Assembly: GCF_009914755.1 (NCBI RefSeq)
Contig: NC_060928.1
Strand: one strand, 5' to 3'
DNA from: the human T2T-CHM13v2.0 reference genome, Homo sapiens
DNA length: 64,000 nt
Shown here: one piece after another, positions 57,961 through 64,000 of the stretch
How positions within the stretch are numbered: the stretch's first letter is position 1
How the letters are laid out: each line of letters starts with the position of its first letter
Notes under the pieces: model-generated
The model's database searches: none
What the model was told of the DNA's origin: nothing
What the model saw: the letters and a program-made list of their open reading frames with translations, nothing else
Translations under genes and position numbers: made by a program

Positions 57961-59456
57961 CCTGCATAGGCATGTAAGTAATATCCACGTCAATGGCATT
58001 GTACTGTACAGCTCCCACAGTTACTTGCTTTCACTGGGTTTGGGTTTTAAAGCTCCATCCCTATTAACTTCAGGGGCATCTCTGCTGCCTCCAGAGACTG
58101 CAGGGCACCCTGTGGTCTAACCCACCTTGCACTCCAGGAAGGATCCCAGGCCATCTCCAACTCCTACCACCCTGAATAACGCTGCAGAGAGCAGGCTTGC
58201 AGCGTCCTCACCCAGTCCCCTCCCCATCCAGTGGGTGGTTTTCTCCGGTGCGTATGACCAGGGGTGAGCAGGTCTCAGGGTAGCTGCCTCGGCTGCTTCA
58301 GTCTGGTTCTGGTGGTTTCAGCAGTGAGCAGCCTTCTCTGTGTCCCCACATTGGGGGATGATGGTTGGGGCCCAGCCACAACATAGGTGCTGGACGCAGC
58401 TTCTCCTGTTAAGCGGAAGTTGAAGACACATACTAGAGGGGAGTGTGGATGGTGAGGCTGCAGGTAAGGAGCTCCTGGTGCAGCAGCAGTGCTGATCCGT
58501 CCTGTGTGCTCATCTCATGCCCAGATCTGTTCACACTCACCTTACACCCGTATTCAGCTCTATCTGGTATCTAGCTTGGCTTTCATGCTTATTTTAGCAG
58601 GGGTCACAGCAGGAGTCTGCTGTGCCAATGATGGTGAGTTTTCTGTGTCCCTGTTCCCACCATGGAAGGTGGCTGGGCTTGAGCCATCTCTCAGGTTCCT
58701 TTTCCAAGGCAGTTGGACAGCAGGCAAGGACACCACCAGCAGTGACCCCGGGGGTTGGGGGAGGGACCCACCCCTGTGTAAAATGGCACACAGGCCCCAG
58801 CGAGGCGGTGACTGCAGCAGAGACCGGAAGGACGGGAACCCCAGCCGAGGCCGTGGTGGGTCTGGGGTCCCTAAGAGGCTCAGGAGGGAGGAGAGCACAG
58901 AGCAGAGGGTGGGCAAAGTCAGACTTGAGGTGTGCAGAGCCGCGGGGCCTCTGAGGGGTGCACCTTGGCTTCCTCGAGCTGGGGTTTTCCTCGAGGCTGC
59001 CCGCTCCTTGCTGTGTTCCTGACTCCTCCCCAGGGGTGGGGTGGTTACCTGCAAGTTGGCTGGCTCTCTTGGCTCCACGTATCTTGATACCAAAGGTCCA
59101 GGGCTTGGGGGGTCTTTGGATTTGCTCTCCTCTCTGCTCTACCTGGTCCAGCGTTGTAGGAAGCAGAGCCGAGTGTGCAGAAGCAAACCGTTCAGGGGCA
59201 GGCTGCTTCGGTCTAGGCTGGTTGTGACTCTTAATCCCCATTCCTTCCAGCCCCAGTGTCGCCCATCTTCAAGGTGACATTTTGTTCCCATCTGCTGGCT
59301 CCTCCATTCTGTTGTCTCAGTTGGTTCAGAATCAGGGCAGGAAAGTGGGGGCAGCTTATTGGATCCCTTCCAACACCCAGCCGCTCCCAGAGCAGGCTCT
59401 GAGTCTTGACTTGATCCCGAGAGCCAGGGAAAGGGGTCAGACAGCCCCCGCCCTGC

Positions 59457-59752
59457 ATTTTTATTTTGGAACATTGAAAATCTAGAGAAAGTTTGAAAAC
59501 GTAGAATCATGTTAATCTGTATGCTTTTCCCTCGGTCTAGCAGTTTTAACATTTAACTGTGGCTGTTCCCACTCTCTCCAGTACATACATACATAGAAAA
59601 AAAATGCAGAATATATACACACACATATACGTAGGATACACACACACACATGTTCTATGTGTATGTGTGTGTATATATTCTATATTCCATGGGCATACAC
59701 ACATGGAATAGTATCTACAATACACACACATGCACACAGGCTCACACGTGTG

Positions 59753-59784
<32 letters not shown>

Positions 59785-59893
59785 GGTTTGCTGAACTGTT
59801 TGAAAGTGAGTTGCAGACATCATGATACTTAATCCCCAAATGCTGCAGCTTGTGTCTCAGGAGCAAGGATGTTCTATCCAGTCACAACACAAT
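59457..59893 (-). mobile_element. L1MC4/5-like 3' end containing (CA/TA)n at 59582-59778
   Basis: TTTGAAAGTGAGTTGCAGACATCATGA..CCCCAAAT. Confidence 0.7.
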
Positions 59894-60110
59894 TGCGTTA
59901 GGGTTCTCCAGAGAAACACAGCCAATAGGATGTGTATATACGTAGAAGCAGATTTATTATAAGGCATTGGCTCACATGAGTGTGGCGCCTGCAGGTCTGA
60001 GATCTGCGGTGCAGGCCACAGGCGGAGACCCAGGAGAGCCGGCGGTGCGGGTGGAGTCTGAGGGCGTTTCCGGGAGAATTACTTCTTGCTCAGAGAGGCC
60101 GGGGTTGTTT
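59894..60110 (-). mobile_element. MLT2 LTR fragment
   Basis: AGGGTTCTCCAGAGAAACA.AGCCAATAGGA..GATTTATTATAAGG.ATTGGCTCAC. Confidence 0.85.
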
Positions 60111-61053
60111 TGCGTGAGCCAAGTTTTCTGAAGATTCATGAGAAGAACAATTCTGCCTCTAAGGTGGGTTGAACTGACCTTGTTTCTGAGTTCCAGGACT
60201 GCTGACTCACTTGGGCTGGAGAAAGCATTTGAAAGGGAAAGAGCTACTGGGGAACGGGGCAGGATGTGACTTGAGGAGCCCGGGCTCTGCGGCCACGTGC
60301 TGTGTGGCCCTGCTCAGTTTCTCCCTAGTTTGAGTTCTCAGGCACGGCGTCCTGCAGGTGAGGGCTGCAGGGCCAGAAACCCTCCAAACCGTTGCTCTGC
60401 CGCTCACTGGCTGTGCCGCCCTGGCAGCCTACCCAAGCTTGTTGAGCCTCAGTTTGTCCATTTCAGGGTGATGCTGATGGTCTTGACACCACAGGCTTAG
60501 TGTAAGAGTTAAAAGAGACAATAATTGGGAAAGGGCCTGCCCGGAATCTGTGACATATTTTTGTAATTAATAAATAATGGCTCTAAGTATTACCAAATGG
60601 GGTAATGATTATGAGCCCTGAAGTGGCTGTAATTATGATGAGTTGTTGACTTTTAAATTAAAGTCATGGGGACTAACAAGAGTCTACTGTCAGTGCTGGC
60701 ACGTAGAAAACCTAATGGTCAGTCCTTGGAGGCTCTCACTCGGGAACAAATTCCCGCCTGCTGCCATTTCAGCACAGAAAGAGTAAGATACACATCTGTT
60801 TCCTGTCAGAGTGGGACTGACCCTCCCTCCAAGGACAGTTAGAAAATGTAACAGCGATAACAACGGGGACCTCTGTGTGGAGATGTCGGAGAAGTAACGA
60901 GACAGTGAGGAAATGGTGGGGCAGGATCCAGGGAGGAGAGAGGCTCGGGGGGTCAATGCAGCATTTAGGGGTACTGTGATTCTAGAGCACGCTTTCTGAG
61001 ACACTGGCCGGGGGTTGACAACATCGTGTGGCTAAGGGACGGGAGTCCAGGGC

Positions 61054-61535
61054 TGTGGTAGGCTGGACCCTAAAGATATCAGGTCCCGGTCTTTGGAAAC
61101 TCGGACTGTTAGCTCGCAAGGCAGAAGGGACTTTGCAGCTGTGATGAGGGGCCTTGAGATGGGAAGAGCATCTCCATCAGCTGTGTGAACTCCATATGTG
61201 GTGACAGCCTCCTTGTGAGAGGGGCAGAGGGAGACTAGACCCTCCAGGGGGAAGCCACGTGACCACCGCAGTAGGATGCAGTGCTGCTGGCTTTGAAGGT
61301 GGAGTGAGGGCCAGGGGCCCAGGAATGTGGCCGTCTCTGGAAGCTGGGAAAGGCAAGGAGACAGATGCTCCCTGCGGCCTCCTGAGGAAGTGCAGCCCTG
61401 CCCACTCCTTGGCTTTGGCCCAGTGAAAGGGATGTTGAATTTCTAGCTTCCAGAACCATAGGAAAGTGAATATGTGTTGCTCTAAGCTACTATGTGTGCA
61501 GTAGTTTGTTACAGCAGCCACGGGAAACCAATGCA
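61054..61535 (+). mobile_element. MLT1D-like solo LTR
   Basis: TGTGGTAGGC..AAGGGACTTTGCAG..TTTGTTACAGCAGCC..AATGCA; TSD AGG(G/A)C. Confidence 0.85.
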
Positions 61536-62324
61536 AGGACCCTCCATGGGAAAGCTTGTCCTGGGAAACCTGCCATGAGCTGGAACCCCGAGGGGCTGGA
61601 CCGCATCAGTGACAGTGAGCCAGAAGTGGACAGATCCTTGCAGATACTGCACTGTGGCAAATAATCTTAATTGGTGAAGTTGTAGTGAGGCCATCCTGGA
61701 TAGCCAGTGCCCCAGGCCACCAGCAGACAGAGACAGAGATGACATCAGACCACTTGCTCGGAGCAAAAGCCTTGGAGTCATCCTGGAATGGCATCTTCCT
61801 CCCGTGCCCCACGGTCAGTATGTCAGCACACGGGGCTGTCCAAATGTACCCTCTTCTAGTCTCTCCTTTTCTTGTTAATTCCACCCTGATTTGAGCCCCT
61901 ACCCTCTGATAGCTGGATTACTGAGACAGCCTCCTTTCTGGCCTCCCTGCCTCCACCATCACTGTCCTCTAGTCTGTTTTCAAGTCAGCAGCCAGAGTGA
62001 TCTTTTTAAAACTTAAGTCAGACCACATCACTCCACTGCTGAAGACCTCAAAATTTGGGGTACTTTGTTCTAGCAGCCTGAATGGACAAAGACATCTGCC
62101 TAGAATCTGCCTGGAAACAGCTTCCCACTGCACTCAGACCAAAAGCCCAAGTCCTTGATGGTTTACAAGGCCCTACGTGGCTCCGCCGCCAGCCTCCTCT
62201 CTGATAGCGTCTCCTATTCCCCTCCTCCTCGCTCACTTGCTCCAGCCACGGTGGCCTCCTTGCTGTTCTTAGGAAACAAGCAATGCTCCCATCTCAGGGC
62301 CTTTGTACCTGCTGCCTCCTTTGC

Positions 62325-63164
62325 TACAGTGGTTGAAAGTTTGTGTCTTCCCCAAATTCAGCTGTTGAAATCCTAGGCCCAAGGTGATGGTTTTAGGAGT
62401 GGGGCCTTTGGGAGGCGAGGAGGTCGTGAGGACGGAGCTCACACTGATGGGATTAGTATCCTTATAAAAGCAGCCTGAGGGGGTGTGTTTGCTCTTTCCA
62501 CTGTGAACAGAAAATATCTTGGGCCCCTCAAATCACTAAGGAAAACTCCAGCTGGAAAGTGCTTAGGGCAAACCTGCCTCCCATCTACTCAAAGTGATCC
62601 CTCTGCTCACTGAGATAGATGCGTATCTAATTGCCTCCTTCGGAAAGCTAATAACAAGCTCAAAATAATGCAACCCTTTGTGTCTCGCCTATCTGTGACC
62701 TGGAAGCTCCCTCCCTCCCGGCTTGGAGTCTTCCTGTCTTTGCTTCAAGTCGTCCCACTTTTCCTGACCAAACCAATGTACTTCTTACATATATTGATTG
62801 ATGTCTCATGGCTCCCTAAAATGTATAAAACCACGCTGTGCCCGGACCCCCTTGGGCGTTTGTCGTCAGGACGCGCCCTCCTGAGGCTGTGTCCCAGGCA
62901 CGCATCCTCAACCTTGGCAAAATAAACTTTCTAAATTAACTGAGACCCGTCTCAGATGTTCTGGGTTCACATCACCATGCCAGGCGACACAGTGGGAAGT
63001 CAGCAGTCCGCAGCCTCGGAGAAGGGTCCTCATCAGAACGCGACCATGCTGGCACCCTGATCTTATACTTCCCAACCTCCAGCATTGTAAAGAATAAGTG
63101 TATCTTGTTTATAAGCTGCCCAGTTTATGGTATTTTGTTAAAACAGCCTGAAGAGAATAAGACA
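62325..63164 (+). mobile_element. MLT1A-like LTR interrupted by MER4A1
   Basis: TTTGTGTC.CCCCAAATTCA..; CCATGCTGGCACCCTGATCTT..TAAGACA; TSD T(T/C)TGC. Confidence 0.8.
62502..62971 (+). mobile_element. MER4A1-like ERV1 solo LTR
   Basis: TGTGAA..AAAATATCTTGGGCCCC..GGGCAAACCTGCCTCCCAT; TATA at 62823, AATAAA at 62921, ends TTCACA; TSD (C/T)CAC. Confidence 0.88.
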
Positions 63165-63284
63165 TCTGCCTAGAACACTCTTTCTCCAAATAGGCACACG
63201 GCTTCTTCTCTCGACTCTTTGAGGTCTTTGTCAAATGCCCTTTCTTCCCAAGGTTGCTGCCTTCTTGGGATGTTTAAAATGACT

Positions 63285-63720
63285 TCTTGTTTGAGCCTCT
63301 CCAGAAAGCAGAGTCTGAGGCTGGGATTGCAGTGTTAATGCTTCATTTGGGAGGTGCAAGCCCCGGGTGGTGAGGATGAGGGGGAGGGGACCCACATGTT
63401 CCCAGTTGCATAATGAACTGCGATGACCATCCCCAAAGCACTCAGCCATTGGGTCTGTGCAGCACACAGGAATCCTGCAAGTGTTCGCAGGCAGGGATCA
63501 CATTTGGGAGGCGTCCACAGGTGACAGCACACGGCGGGGGATGCATCTGTCCAGCTCTGTCATCCCCTGTTTCTCACTGGTCAAGTTTCACCTCCAGGGA
63601 GCAAATTCACCTGCAGGCCGGGGTCATTTTCTCCAGCACCTGGCTGGCCCTTCGGCAGGCAGTGGGTGTGATGTTTTATCCAAGTGTGCAAGTGCAGGGC
63701 GACACAGGTGGGTGTCGACT
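63285..63720 (-). mobile_element. LTR16-like ERVL LTR fragment
   Basis: CAGAAAGCAGAGTCTGAGG..TTCATTTGGGAGGTG. Confidence 0.55.
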
Positions 63721-64000
63721 GAGAGGGAGGGAGGAGACAGGCCAGGGAATTAGAGACCCAGTTGTCTTCACCCCACTCCCACCCTGCCCCCACCGCCTCC
63801 CTTACCTGCTTTTTGGCTTAGAACCTGGGGTCTGACATGCTCTAGGGTTTTATTGATTCTCCACTGATTGTCCCTCTCCCTGCACTGCTCAGTTTCTTCT
63901 GTATTCACGGCCTCATTCCCTGTGGTTATGACTATGCTTAACATGTCCCTGGCACTCGAGAAATATCTGCTCAATGAAAAAATGAAAGAGGACTCTTTGC

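Larger units (their letters stand above)
61760..63990 (+). mobile_element. L2 3' region, host of nested LTRs
   Basis: CAGCCAGAGTGATCTTTTTAAAA..CTCAGGGCCTTTG..; terminal AAATATCTGCTCAATGAA. Confidence 0.75.

Noticed and set aside
60560-60670. AT-rich TAAT-motif cluster next to a MIR
   Set aside because: Could be a homeodomain element, but it cannot be distinguished from a MIR tail or low-complexity DNA without conservation data.

Overview
Primate (very likely human) non-coding, GC- and Alu-rich euchromatic DNA. I find no credible protein-coding gene: the long ORFs come from Alus, simple repeats or random GC-rich sequence. The window holds about 24 Alus; old L1M, L2 and MIR fragments; MaLR/ERVL/ERV1 solo LTRs (MLT1, THE1B, MLT2, LTR16, LTR9/MER61-like, MER4A1); and hAT DNA transposons (MER53, MER20). 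It also holds a tailless 7SK retrocopy inside an MLT1B LTR and five tandem arrays (11-bp, GGAT, 69-bp, TG-rich, 134-bp), several with higher-order structure. A CCAAT plus six-GC-box promoter at about 7.3 kb suggests a + strand lncRNA. From memory the layout resembles the 20q13 lncRNA region distal to CEBPB (LINC01270/LINC01271), but I cannot verify that from the sequence. I do not see a convincing new multi-gene system; the best leads are mechanistic fossils and candidate regulatory VNTRs. Repeat subfamily names come from recalled consensus sequences and need RepeatMasker/Dfam confirmation. Boundaries of old repeats are approximate.
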